Below, piece by piece: positions 37,918-47,895 of a DNA stretch of 57,745 bases (position 1 is its first letter; each line of letters starts with the position of its first letter). The notes beneath the pieces were generated by a model. It did not search any database. It saw only the letters and a list, made by a program, of their open reading frames with translations, and had not been told where the DNA came from. The DNA lies in the IMG/VR virus record IMGVR_UViG_3300009506_000036, positions 1 to 57,745 of that record. One strand, written 5' to 3'. The DNA is from a virus (Duplodnaviria; Caudoviricetes). Made by a program: the position numbers and the translations under genes.

Positions 37918-38477
37918 GGGATCGGCTCCGGTTCTACGATGTCGGGCTCATCCAGATCTTCAGGGGCAATGGGGTCACCAGGCTGCAGCCAGCGGTAAGA
38001 GGAGTTGAGCACTCTATAGGCCCTGTGTAGGATCATGCCATTCATCAAGGCTCCTGCATAGCTGGTTTTCTTCACACCAGGGCCGGTAGCATCCCACAGT
38101 TCGTTGTCATAGCAACCAACAATGTAAGCGTGACCAGGTCCGCCTTGTCTGGGTCCTACTACGAGTACGTCTCCGGGCTGGATGTTTCCATCAATCACCT
38201 TCTGGAAAGGAGCGTACAGTTTGATGATCTGACGCACGGCAGCGTGAGATCTGGCAGGGTTGTGAAGATAAGAGTCAGGAGGGAGGGTGGTGTAGTCGTG
38301 CGTCGTGTTCGACATCTCGTCCATGATCCCTGTGACGAAACGAACACAATCAACACCGATTCCTTTGGCTTGTTGACCAGGAGCGTACGGAGTGCCTTTC
38401 CAGCTGTTGATGACACCTTCTAGTTTCTGTCGAATGCTCTCAAGGCCATTCGACCATGTCCAGTAGGGGAAGCTCAT
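37914..38477 (-). CDS. NlpC/P60 family tail-associated peptidase
   Basis: WKGTPY, GVDCVRFV, QPGDVLV, GH. Confidence 0.88.
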   Translation of the reverse strand: MSFPYWTWSNGLESIRQKLEGVINSWKGTPYAPGQQAKGIGVDCVRFVTGIMDEMSNTTHDYTTLPPDSYLHNPARSHAAVRQIIKLYAPFQKVIDGNIQPGDVLVVGPRQGGPGHAYIVGCYDNELWDATGPGVKKTSYAGALMNGMILHRAYRVLNSSYRWLQPGDPIAPEDLDEPDIVEPEPIP

Positions 38478-39349
38478 GTGTAGAGACCACTCCTCTGGTA
38501 GTTCGGGTTATAGGGAGGAATGCCTACTCCAGCTCCGCCGTGCTGGCTTTCCTTGTTGAATCGAGCGCGGCAGGTGGACAAGAGCTTGTCACACCCGGCA
38601 TACAGTGTGATGTAGCGATCGATCCATAGCTGTGATGGTTGACGAACGGTATGAAATATCAATGGGTCGTGTGACCGCCAGATTCTGATGTCGAGGATGC
38701 AACCTTCGTATTCTGCAAACCCACGAGAGAACCAGTTGTCTTCTTTGCCGGTGACACCTGCGTCGGTCTGTATTGTGAAAGACAGGTTGTCGATCGACAG
38801 TACCTTCACGTTCGATACTGCGTACAAGTTCTTGATAACGCTGCAAGGACCACTGTACAGAGGCCAGATGCAGTCTTGCTCTTCGAACAGGCCGAGGGGA
38901 ACATCCCAGGTGCTCTTCAACGGAGAGGCAACTATTTCGACGAGACCGGACTTGCCCTTGGGCGCTGTGGTACCTGTGAACACTGGTCCTGAGAAGACAC
39001 ACATCAGTTTGCTAGCTGCACTGCCTGATGTTGGTTTGTGCCACTCGAACACGAAGCAGTAAACGGGAGAGTGAGCACCTCCGTCAGCGAGGTAGGTTGT
39101 GAATGAATCAGCAGGGAGTGTGATCTTGATGTCCTTGGCCTTCAGGTCTCCTGTTAGTTTGGGAATGTCTAGCTCCAGTCCTTCGATGGTAGAGTACGTA
39201 CCGCCAGGACCGGGCTGGGCAGAAGGAGCGTCCGTGTACCTGGCCTCGGCGATGCCTAGAGGGAACTCTGCCGATTGCGTTCCATACAAGAAGCGCACCA
39301 GGTAGATGGTGTCTCTTGTTGACTGTGTGAGGGCTGAAGAAGGAGACAT
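38474..39349 (-). CDS. DUF2163/BR0599-like tail hub protein
   Basis: CIWPLYSGPC and GCDKLLSTCRARFN Cys cluster. Confidence 0.85.
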   Translation of the reverse strand: MSPSSALTQSTRDTIYLVRFLYGTQSAEFPLGIAEARYTDAPSAQPGPGGTYSTIEGLELDIPKLTGDLKAKDIKITLPADSFTTYLADGGAHSPVYCFVFEWHKPTSGSAASKLMCVFSGPVFTGTTAPKGKSGLVEIVASPLKSTWDVPLGLFEEQDCIWPLYSGPCSVIKNLYAVSNVKVLSIDNLSFTIQTDAGVTGKEDNWFSRGFAEYEGCILDIRIWRSHDPLIFHTVRQPSQLWIDRYITLYAGCDKLLSTCRARFNKESQHGGAGVGIPPYNPNYQRSGLYT

Positions 39350-40918
39350 CTAGGCTGGAGTGGTGGTGGGTTGAGGAAGGGAGACCCTCATGTGCAGCAT
39401 AGGAGCATACACTGTGACACCCTCTTCTATGTAGTCGATGGAGACCTCCCTCTCGTTCAAGATCTCTGTGATCTCTACTCCGAAGGCCACGGCTTGATCA
39501 GTAGACCATTCATCCGAGTAGGAGTCAGAAGATTGCCGACACTCGATGCACCATCGCACGTTCACGATCTCTCCGTGAGCAGACAGTGTGTCGAGGAGAT
39601 CAATGGTCCAGACCCCTCCACCTGTGTCGATCACTTGAGAGACGCGAGCTATCTCAACAAAGCCGTACTGGTCGTAGACGGCAATGTACTTGAGGTAGTT
39701 GTGAGTGTGCTGCCACTTGCCAGAGGCTGAGACCTGTATCGAGGTAGAAGCAAGGCCCTCAAGATGCCAGATATCATGAGGCAACACAGCCCAGTACGGA
39801 ATGACTCGGCCTCTTCTGGAGTCGAAGAAGTTCAGCCATGTCCAGGCTTCCTCTTTGGAGTAGACCTGTCTCGCTGCTCTCAGAGTGATCTGTGGTGATG
39901 GTCCTTGAAGGAACGAATGCTCGGACTTTCCTACTGTTGCCTTGAAACCTGAACGAGCAAATCCAAGGTCGGGTTCGACGACCCAGTTGTAGTCTAGATC
40001 TACGACAGGCAGACCGTCATAGGTATCGAATGAACTGGGAGCTGTTTGAGCCGAGAAAGGCAATGCACTAGGACCTGGTATTTCATCAAACACCAGTGTC
40101 AGATCGCCGACCCTGTCTGTCCTCAGCTTCATCGAGTCACTGAGGTTAGGCCAACAATCACAGACTGGGACGATGATGTCACCAGCCGATGGAGCAACAT
40201 CAAGCTCGTCGGACGAGCTGAGGATCAACTGAGATGAAGAAGCAGATACGACTATCGTAGCCTGTTGCGTTCCATCAGCATAGTAAACGACCACCTTTCC
40301 GCCGTTGTGGAATCGTCTGTTGGAAAACGATCCAGTGAGCAGGAGTGTAGTGCAGCCACTGTTGGCATAGGTGTAGTCAGGGTACAGAGGAACCTCGACG
40401 TAGTGATCTCCTATGTACAGGAGCCTTCCCCAGAGCTTCTGGATGGTGGCTTGATCGAGGCCTGACCAGCGACACTTGATTGTCCTGTAGGGCTTGGAAG
40501 AGTGAGCAAGACGCGCTTCGGACAACGTCTCTTCACCAGCTGAGAGATCAGAAGGAGCATGGCACTCAATGCTCACTCTATCTACCCAGTTGTGAGGCAA
40601 GAAGTCCTGCAGCGGATCGACAGGGAACGCTGTGATACGAGGCCACGGAGGGGACATCACCTCGGCGCACAAGCGTGTGACACGGGCGAAGTGCCGAGGG
40701 CTGTTGGACATCACCTCGGCTCCCACGCGAGTGACACGAGCCCTGATCGGAGCAGGACACATGACTTCGGCGCAGAGCCTGGTCACACGAGCGTAGTGCC
40801 GCTGGTCGCCTGACATCACCTCGGCTCCCACGCGCGTGACACGAGCGTAGTGCCGCTGGTCGCCTGACATCACCTCGGCACAATACCGGGTGACCTTTGC
40901 GTCACCTCTAGCGCTCAT
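39350..40918 (-). CDS. Distal tail-like protein with five N-terminal ARVTRxxAEVM repeats
   Basis: FFDSRRGR..PYW motif; position between tape measure and hub. Confidence 0.75.
   Translation of the reverse strand: MSARGDAKVTRYCAEVMSGDQRHYARVTRVGAEVMSGDQRHYARVTRLCAEVMCPAPIRARVTRVGAEVMSNSPRHFARVTRLCAEVMSPPWPRITAFPVDPLQDFLPHNWVDRVSIECHAPSDLSAGEETLSEARLAHSSKPYRTIKCRWSGLDQATIQKLWGRLLYIGDHYVEVPLYPDYTYANSGCTTLLLTGSFSNRRFHNGGKVVVYYADGTQQATIVVSASSSQLILSSSDELDVAPSAGDIIVPVCDCWPNLSDSMKLRTDRVGDLTLVFDEIPGPSALPFSAQTAPSSFDTYDGLPVVDLDYNWVVEPDLGFARSGFKATVGKSEHSFLQGPSPQITLRAARQVYSKEEAWTWLNFFDSRRGRVIPYWAVLPHDIWHLEGLASTSIQVSASGKWQHTHNYLKYIAVYDQYGFVEIARVSQVIDTGGGVWTIDLLDTLSAHGEIVNVRWCIECRQSSDSYSDEWSTDQAVAFGVEITEILNEREVSIDYIEEGVTVYAPMLHMRVSLPQPTTTPA
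40652..40900 (-). repeat. Five 51-54-nt tandem coding repeats
   Basis: A(K/R)VTR(Y/V/L)(C/G)AEVM units; two units are near-identical at DNA level. Confidence 0.95.
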
Positions 40919-42022
40919 CTAGCTGTACAGGTGGATGCCGATCTCCGCGTTGTTGATGTCGGAGGCTGTGTACGGGTTGCCAGGGTTGGATGGGTTCTCT
41001 TCGGAGAACAAGTTGAAGTGGGTGTAGACGGTGGTGCTTGAGTCGACAGTGAAACTGTCGATTGCAGCAGTACCATGCACAGAGTCCTTGAACTGCAATT
41101 CGACCACTCTGGAACCGTTGGACTCGATCCGTGCTCTGGCCATGTACCGCACTGCGGTGATGCCGGACGTGATCTGTTGAAGATCGCTGAAGTTGTAGAA
41201 GTCACGTTCTCCTGCAGTGCCAGAGCAGACGTACGCACCATCATCTCTAGAAGGGTTAGCACCGGACTGTTCCTCGTGAACGAGAGACCAGTGGTCTGCC
41301 GCTGACGGCTGTCCGTACTCCTCAGGAGACCACTGCGTCGTGGAGGTATCGGGGGTGACGGTTTCGATGCCCTCGATGATCTGCTCGCCGATGAAGTCGT
41401 TGTTGAGAGATCCGGCACCGTTCAGGACGTAGATATCGTCCATGGCCATGTGGTAGGTGCCGCCACCGTCCTGTAGACCGAAGACCACCTCGTTCACTAG
41501 AGCTGTGACACCATTCACGGTGTTTTGGTTGGTGAGGTTGATGATGGCAGTGCCATTGCGCCTGACCTCGATCGTACCGAGAGTGGAGTGGCAGTAGATC
41601 TTGATCTCGATGTAGTCCCAGCCGTTGCCGGTCTCGATCTGAGCGGACTCACCGAGTTGAGTGCCTCCGCTGGTTTCTCCATCGAACACCCTGAACGTGT
41701 AGTGGGTGTTATCCACGGCTTCGTGAATGCCGAGAGAGATGTGCCTGGTCCCATCGTAGTTGAAACCGGCGACATCACGATCGGTGGCGCTGACACTAGC
41801 ATACGGAACCTGGATACGGAATCCGATCACGTAGGTGGCATGGGAGTCCAGTGTAGGAGTAGTGAAATAGACACCTGGGGTGCCGTCACTCTCCATGGCC
41901 CACAGACTGTTCTGGCCTGGGATGAAACCAGGAGCGGTGTCTCCTACGTAGTCGGCGTACGTAGCGATGTGGTAGGCGTACGATCGTTCAAGCTCGAAGC
42001 CTTCGATCCATTGAATGGTCAT
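40919..42022 (-). CDS. Beta-sandwich (concanavalin/jelly-roll-like) tail adhesin
   Basis: WDYIEIKI...GTIEVRRNG...MDDIYV; ends NPYTASDINNAEIGIHLYS. Confidence 0.7.
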   Translation of the reverse strand: MTIQWIEGFELERSYAYHIATYADYVGDTAPGFIPGQNSLWAMESDGTPGVYFTTPTLDSHATYVIGFRIQVPYASVSATDRDVAGFNYDGTRHISLGIHEAVDNTHYTFRVFDGETSGGTQLGESAQIETGNGWDYIEIKIYCHSTLGTIEVRRNGTAIINLTNQNTVNGVTALVNEVVFGLQDGGGTYHMAMDDIYVLNGAGSLNNDFIGEQIIEGIETVTPDTSTTQWSPEEYGQPSAADHWSLVHEEQSGANPSRDDGAYVCSGTAGERDFYNFSDLQQITSGITAVRYMARARIESNGSRVVELQFKDSVHGTAAIDSFTVDSSTTVYTHFNLFSEENPSNPGNPYTASDINNAEIGIHLYS

Positions 42023-45000
42023 GAGATGAGTGTCCTGATCTCGTCCGAGTAGTTCTCGATCCACCGCAGCTGTGCGGACGAACCAGCTGCGAGAAGTCGT
42101 TCGAAAGTAGCTTCGTCTGCCACCAGCACGGCCCTGGTCACTTGCTCGTTTCCGTTGGCTCTGTTGGTGTCTCTGACGGCTCCACCAGTAGCGAAGCTGC
42201 GTTGACGGGGCTTGGAGACGTTGAAGGAGCGGCGAGCCCCGGAGATCCCTCTGGCGAGCATGGGATCGATCAGACCTCTGTTGAGCAGGTCCATGAAGGC
42301 GTTGCCGTACTTGGCCACTGCTTCAGGACTGATCACCCACTCACCCACACGCGCCCAGATGGGCTCGGTGTCACGAGGATCGATGCCTGCCGGACGGTCG
42401 TACTTGGGCGAGGAGCTGCTGCGAATACGGCCACCTCCTGCGAAGGACTGCGAGCCCTGGCGCATGTGGCTCTGGCTCGGGGAGTACCCTTGCCTGGTGA
42501 TAGCCCGACCTGTAGCACCGCCACCTACGCCTCCACTGGCGGCACCGATGGAGTTGGCAGCCAGGAGCAGTGCAGCAGCTGCGGAGAGCTTGGTGGCCGC
42601 GAGGCCGATCATGATGGAGACCACGTACCATGGTCCTGATGCTCCTGCCAGGCTGCCAGCTGCCGTGGTGAGAGTAGTACCTGCGCCGGATAGGGCAGCA
42701 GCGGCGAGCAACAGCTCTGGTCCAGGATCTTTCGGCCCTTCATCGATTAGTGATGCGAGCACAGCCCCGATCGCCTTGTTGACTAGGTACTCGATGATCA
42801 TGTTCGACAGCATCGCCAGGAACTGCTGAAAGCGTTCAGCGATGGTGGTGTCGGACGATGGATCGAAGGCATCTGCGATCGACGACGAGATGAAGTCGGC
42901 GAAGCCTTGAATGGCGGTCTTGCCCATCTCGACGAAACGCTCGAAGTCGTCGAGAGCAGCTTGTGAGAATTCAGCAGCTCCGGTTTCGAGTCCGAACGAG
43001 ATAGGTTCTTCTTTCCTGCGCCTGGCCTCTTCAGCGAAAGCTGCTTGACGCTTGAGTACTTCTTCCTGCAGTTCGAGTTCCTTGCGAATCTCGTTCTCTT
43101 GCAGTAGTTGGTCGCTACGTAGTTGATCTTGCTCTGCCAGAGGAAGGTGCAAAGCCTTGGCAGCAGCGAGGATCTTGGCGTTGCCTTCTATCTGGCTATT
43201 GAGGGTCTCTTTGATGACGTTGCGACGAGCAACGTCGACTAGGAGCTGTGCCCTAGCCTCTGCCAGTTCCTTGCCCTTGATGTCGATGGTAAGAGCACTG
43301 GAGTATTCATATAGACTGCGTTCTGCAGCAAGCTCAGCGCTCAGTACCCTGAGGTTTTGTTTGGCTTCGAATCTGCGCTCTGCACCGACAACACGGATCC
43401 TGTCAAGGGTGCGCTTGGCGATGATGTTCTCAAGCTCAGAACGTTGTGTGAGCAAGGACACAATGTCTTGTTCAACAGACTTCTCCAGGCCGAGGAGTTT
43501 GATTCGCTCCAGGATTAGTTTTGGGATATCAGCGCTGGTGTCAGAGAACTGCTTGAAGGTCTCGTTCACATACTCGACCTCGTCGCGCACCTTGGCATAG
43601 GCAGTGGAGAGCGTGCCAACCACTTTCTGTTGTGCGATCTCGTCCTCTTTCAACTGGGCCAGAGCTTCGGTGTGACCTTTGCGTTGCGCTTGGATGATGA
43701 GCGCTCGCGTGTTCTCAAGACGTTGTGTGGCTGCGTTCAAGCGGTCCTGGAGGGACAGCATGGCTATACCAGCGCTGAGCCCTTGCTCGGCCAGGGCACG
43801 ATCTCGCTTGTTGAGATCGGAGATATTCTTCTGCGCTCTCAATGCCTGTAGTTTGATGTCGAGCTTTTGTTTCTCGACTTCACCCAATCGAAGGTCGATC
43901 TTGCGTGCTTCCTCCTTGAGCTTGAACTCTTCCTCCGCGATGATCCTACGCTGTTCGAGAGTCGGGCCTTGGAGTCCGATACTGTCGAGGGAGCGCTGTA
44001 GCTCAGCGCTGGTCTGGCGCAGGCTAGCTTCAAGCCTCTGGATCTGCTCAGCCAAGCCTTGGATACCGCGAGTACCACTGCTGACGATTCCAGGTAGCTG
44101 GTTGAGAGCAGCAACCAGATCAAGTGCTTCTTCCTTGGACTCTTTCGTGGCCTCGCCGAAGCCAGACATGGAATCCTTCAGACCGGCAAGGAGAGTTCCG
44201 AGTGTTTCCTTGGCCTTGGCCTTGAGATCAGCCACCATCTCGTCGAATGTCCTGGCGTCGGTGTTCTCGGACATGGCCTTGCCCACCCCGACAGACACTT
44301 CCGTGGCCGCCTCGATCGCAGCTTCAGCAAGCTCTTTGTAGGCGTCTCTCAGCTCGATAGCGTCTTTCTTGGTCTCCTTGGTGTAATCGTCGGTGCGCTT
44401 CTTGAGAGCCTCAAGCCGCTTCTCGACCAGGTCACCTACATCCGCTCCGAAGATTTCGGCTATCTTGATAGCAGCAAGAGCGATGGCAGTGATGCCGTTC
44501 CTGAACAATAGGATGAGACCTTTGATCGCTGCCTTGGCAGGGACCATGCTCGTTAGGAAGGCCACCTTGAGTGTAGCAGCCGCGAGCTTGAAAGCTGCCA
44601 CGAGCGACACCTTGATGATCTTCACCCATGTCTCGAACTTGATCTCTACACCGGTCACGTCCTCCAGGATGTCGATGATCTCCTTGCCGATGAGGGCAGC
44701 CGCTACAACGACTCCCGCCATTGTGGCAATCAACCCGGCGGTGCCTACGCTCATCGTAGCGATAGCTCCAACCGCGGAAGACAACAATCCGAACACTGAA
44801 GTGATCACTGGGATCAGAGCAGTGAATAGACCTACTAGCTTGGTGACTGGAGTGAGGATGAAGAACACGATACCGAGGACACCACCGAGGGCGGCCTTCA
44901 TGGCAGTGATTACCACAAGGGCTTCGGTGAGGGTCCTCACGAAATCTTGAAGATCGATCTCTGGGAGAGCTTCGCTGAGCCCTTCAGCGATGGGCTCGAT

Positions 45001-46896
45001 CAGGTGGGCAACATCCTTGAACCCTGCGATGACCCCCTCGACCATTGCTCCCAGGATCTCAGCCGTGGTCCCTAGAGCCCTTCCAAGAGCATCTGCGGCT
45101 GCAGCCAGGTCGGTGACGTTGAGCACCTTGCGGAGACGTTGAGCCTCCGCGACGGCCCTGCGCATGCCGTCGAAGATCGCTGTGACGACTACCAGCGCTT
45201 TGGGGTTGATGGTGATTCCTGTATCCTCGATCTCGACCAGCGAGTTCAGGATATCGGAGAGCAGATCTTTCAACTCCATGAAGAAGTCGGAGCTGCCCTG
45301 CCGCAGCAACTCGTTGATCGCATCACCGAGGCGAGCAATGATCGCATTGTACAGCGAGAGCGCTTCTTTGCCTGCCTCGGTGAATGCTCTGAATCTGTCG
45401 TTCAAGAACTCGGCAAGGACTCCCATCTCCTTGGCGTTCTTGATGTCAGCGTTAGTGATCCCCAGAACAGCCGCGATGCGTGTGGTTCGTAGCTGGATGG
45501 TGCCTTGAAGGATCGAGCGGATCTCTTCGGCAAGTTGGTTTTGGGCTAGACCGATTGCAGCGGCTGCCTGGGAGATCTGGATAGTGAAGTTACGAATCTG
45601 GTCGACATCGAGACCGGCAGCGATCCCGGGCCCGAGGGCGATCTGATACGTATCAACCAACTGACGGAAGGTAGCGACAGTTGTGAGGGCGTCCTTTCTG
45701 AGGAGCGCGATCTGGCGGCGCGATTCCTTGATTGCCAAGGCCAGTTGATCTTGGGCATTGGCGGCACCACCGATGGCGGTTCTGACCTCGCCGGTAGCTG
45801 TGATCAGTGAAGCAATACCAAGGATGCTCTGCTCGATAGCAGCATTGTACTTGACAGCTCCAGCGATCAAGGCATTGAACGCCTGGATCACCTTCCTGAC
45901 AATCAGGAAGGCTGCGAAGATGCCGATGAGCCGTCTGAAGGTGAAGAAGACCCGGTTGGCTCCAGTACGTGCTCGGTGGAATACTTGAGTCAGTGTGGAC
46001 ATGCTGGAGCGCAGCGTGGCGGCATGCTGCGACATCTTGGCCATGTACTGACTGGACCTGTTCGTGCTCTGGTTGAACTTCTGGAAGAACGGATCTGCCG
46101 CCTTCATCTGGTCGACCATCTCTTTCACTTGAGCAGCGTGCTTGGCGGCAGCGAATCGTGTCGCTGCTTCCTGCTCTGTGGTCAACCCAGTCGGTCCTCT
46201 TCCTTGTTGTTGGAGTAACTGCTCCTTGGTCTGCTTCGCCTCGGCGGCAGCGATCTGTCGCTGCACGGCTAGTTGTGCAGTGAGTGTTTGTAGCTCTTTG
46301 TTGTTGAGAAGGGCCTGTTCTTTGGTCAGAGCGTTCTGAGCTTCTAGCACCTTCAGCTCAGCCAGCCGTTCAGGCTTGAGCCCGGTCTGTAAGTCTCTTC
46401 CCTGCGCTGATAACTTCTTCGCTACTGCGAGCTTCTGGTAGCCTGAGGAGATCTTCCTGACTACAGCAAGTTCTGTGACGAGGTTGCGAAGCTCCTTGTT
46501 CTGCAGACGAGCACGAGCTGCGGCCAGGCTCTTCTGTAGCTTGAGACGCTCTTGCTCTACGACGGTCAGCTCTTTGGTGACCTTCGCTTCCTGTTGTTTA
46601 CTAGCTACTGCCTTCTTGTGTTCCTTGTTCGCTTCTCTCTGTGCAGTCACGCTCTTGTTGAGCGCCTTGGTAGCTCTGACAGAGGCTTCAGCACCCTCCA
46701 CGGTGACTTTCGCCAGGTCGCGGAGGGTGTTCTTGAGTTGACGGGCTCCTGTACCTAGACGGCTGACATCCTCGCGGAAGGCCCTGAAGGATCTACGACT
46801 CTTGAGCAGGCCACGACGGAATTCATCGAGACCCTGAATCGCTTTCTCTGATTCAAGTTCGATTTTGTACCGTAGTGAACCCTGGTCAACAGCCAT
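42019..46896 (-). CDS. Tape measure protein
   Basis: 1625 aa; helical Ala/Leu-rich with hydrophobic segments; FAGGG...GEWVI C-terminal motifs. Confidence 0.92.
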   Translation of the reverse strand: MAVDQGSLRYKIELESEKAIQGLDEFRRGLLKSRRSFRAFREDVSRLGTGARQLKNTLRDLAKVTVEGAEASVRATKALNKSVTAQREANKEHKKAVASKQQEAKVTKELTVVEQERLKLQKSLAAARARLQNKELRNLVTELAVVRKISSGYQKLAVAKKLSAQGRDLQTGLKPERLAELKVLEAQNALTKEQALLNNKELQTLTAQLAVQRQIAAAEAKQTKEQLLQQQGRGPTGLTTEQEAATRFAAAKHAAQVKEMVDQMKAADPFFQKFNQSTNRSSQYMAKMSQHAATLRSSMSTLTQVFHRARTGANRVFFTFRRLIGIFAAFLIVRKVIQAFNALIAGAVKYNAAIEQSILGIASLITATGEVRTAIGGAANAQDQLALAIKESRRQIALLRKDALTTVATFRQLVDTYQIALGPGIAAGLDVDQIRNFTIQISQAAAAIGLAQNQLAEEIRSILQGTIQLRTTRIAAVLGITNADIKNAKEMGVLAEFLNDRFRAFTEAGKEALSLYNAIIARLGDAINELLRQGSSDFFMELKDLLSDILNSLVEIEDTGITINPKALVVVTAIFDGMRRAVAEAQRLRKVLNVTDLAAAADALGRALGTTAEILGAMVEGVIAGFKDVAHLIEPIAEGLSEALPEIDLQDFVRTLTEALVVITAMKAALGGVLGIVFFILTPVTKLVGLFTALIPVITSVFGLLSSAVGAIATMSVGTAGLIATMAGVVVAAALIGKEIIDILEDVTGVEIKFETWVKIIKVSLVAAFKLAAATLKVAFLTSMVPAKAAIKGLILLFRNGITAIALAAIKIAEIFGADVGDLVEKRLEALKKRTDDYTKETKKDAIELRDAYKELAEAAIEAATEVSVGVGKAMSENTDARTFDEMVADLKAKAKETLGTLLAGLKDSMSGFGEATKESKEEALDLVAALNQLPGIVSSGTRGIQGLAEQIQRLEASLRQTSAELQRSLDSIGLQGPTLEQRRIIAEEEFKLKEEARKIDLRLGEVEKQKLDIKLQALRAQKNISDLNKRDRALAEQGLSAGIAMLSLQDRLNAATQRLENTRALIIQAQRKGHTEALAQLKEDEIAQQKVVGTLSTAYAKVRDEVEYVNETFKQFSDTSADIPKLILERIKLLGLEKSVEQDIVSLLTQRSELENIIAKRTLDRIRVVGAERRFEAKQNLRVLSAELAAERSLYEYSSALTIDIKGKELAEARAQLLVDVARRNVIKETLNSQIEGNAKILAAAKALHLPLAEQDQLRSDQLLQENEIRKELELQEEVLKRQAAFAEEARRRKEEPISFGLETGAAEFSQAALDDFERFVEMGKTAIQGFADFISSSIADAFDPSSDTTIAERFQQFLAMLSNMIIEYLVNKAIGAVLASLIDEGPKDPGPELLLAAAALSGAGTTLTTAAGSLAGASGPWYVVSIMIGLAATKLSAAAALLLAANSIGAASGGVGGGATGRAITRQGYSPSQSHMRQGSQSFAGGGRIRSSSSPKYDRPAGIDPRDTEPIWARVGEWVISPEAVAKYGNAFMDLLNRGLIDPMLARGISGARRSFNVSKPRQRSFATGGAVRDTNRANGNEQVTRAVLVADEATFERLLAAGSSAQLRWIENYSDEIRTLIS

Positions 46897-47153
46897 CAGA
46901 ATCCTCCACCGACTCTCTTGAGGAACTCGGCTTGATCATCGACGTGCTCGCCAGTGACAGGCGTCCATGCTTTGACCAGCTTTTTCATGGTCTTCTGCTC
47001 ACCCTGGGCCGCGATCATTGCTGTCCAGGCGTCTTCTGTCTTATCTCGGTACTTGAGTCGTAGCACGCTCTCTACAGCGGCGTTGAACCGGGCCATGTCC
47101 AGGTCAAGGACGAAGCCCAGCTCAAAGCCGCTAGAGAGGAGCAGTGTGGTCAT
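46896..47153 (-). CDS. Tail assembly chaperone second ORF (gpT-like)
   Basis: Lies between gpG-like gene and tape measure, in the -1 frame. Confidence 0.7.
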   Translation of the reverse strand: MTTLLLSSGFELGFVLDLDMARFNAAVESVLRLKYRDKTEDAWTAMIAAQGEQKTMKKLVKAWTPVTGEHVDDQAEFLKRVGGGF

Positions 47154-47164
47154 GTCCTGGAGAT

Positions 47165-47821
47165 CTAGCCAGGGGTCTGAAACGGGTTGGGAGGCCCGCT
47201 CTCGGGACTTTCGGTGGGTAACTCGGTCTGGGTCTGGTCCTCGTCTTGCTGGTTTCTCGGGGCCTCCAGAGCTTCCTCCAGCTTCGCTGAGAAAGTCTCC
47301 GAGACCCGATCTGCCAAAGGGCCCAGTGTCTTGAGGTTGGCCTTGGCCACACCAACGAGGAACTGTGAGAGGGTACCTGTATCGACACCCTTGGAATCGA
47401 TGAACTCGTTGATGTCCCTCTCGGTTGGATTACGGGGGAAGAGATCCCTGCAGGCATCGAAGATGATCTTGATCACCAGGTGCAGGTTGGCCTCCTGTGA
47501 CATCGAATCGATCAGGAGATCGATGGCGCGTTCCTTCTTGTTGAGAAGGGCTTCCATCGTGTCCAGGGGCACAGCACGTTGGATGGTCTCTGTACCTGCT
47601 TCTCCGGTCTTCGGATCGCTGAAGTCTCTGTAGATGGATTCGGAGTCGCTCTTCTTGCTCCTGAGCAGGATGGATAGCGCTTGGGACAGCGGTCTGCTGA
47701 TGCTTCGAAGCTGTAGGATCATGCGCGGCGACATCTGGTAGAACATGATGTTCTGTCCACGCACTTGGTGTTCGACACCTGAAGGAGCATCGAGGAAGGT
47801 GATTTTGTCTTGCCAGGTCAT
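47165..47821 (-). CDS. Tail assembly chaperone (gpG-like)
   Basis: Position after the tail tube gene. Confidence 0.7.
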   Translation of the reverse strand: MTWQDKITFLDAPSGVEHQVRGQNIMFYQMSPRMILQLRSISRPLSQALSILLRSKKSDSESIYRDFSDPKTGEAGTETIQRAVPLDTMEALLNKKERAIDLLIDSMSQEANLHLVIKIIFDACRDLFPRNPTERDINEFIDSKGVDTGTLSQFLVGVAKANLKTLGPLADRVSETFSAKLEEALEAPRNQQDEDQTQTELPTESPESGPPNPFQTPG

Positions 47822-47844
47822 GTGTGAGGTTTGCCTTGTGAAAG

Positions 47845-47878
47845 AGGGCCCCCCGCCTCGTGAAGGGACGAGGGGCCC
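47845..47878 (-). terminator. Possible terminator after the major tail gene
   Basis: GGGCCCC...GGGGCCC stem followed by TCTTT on the minus strand. Confidence 0.5.
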
Positions 47879-47895
47879 AACGTAGAGCCCGAGAA

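Noticed and set aside
40652-40900. CRISPR-like array or DGR template/variable repeat
   Set aside because: In-frame coding repeats without unique spacers; no reverse transcriptase or cas operon; differences are not adenine-specific
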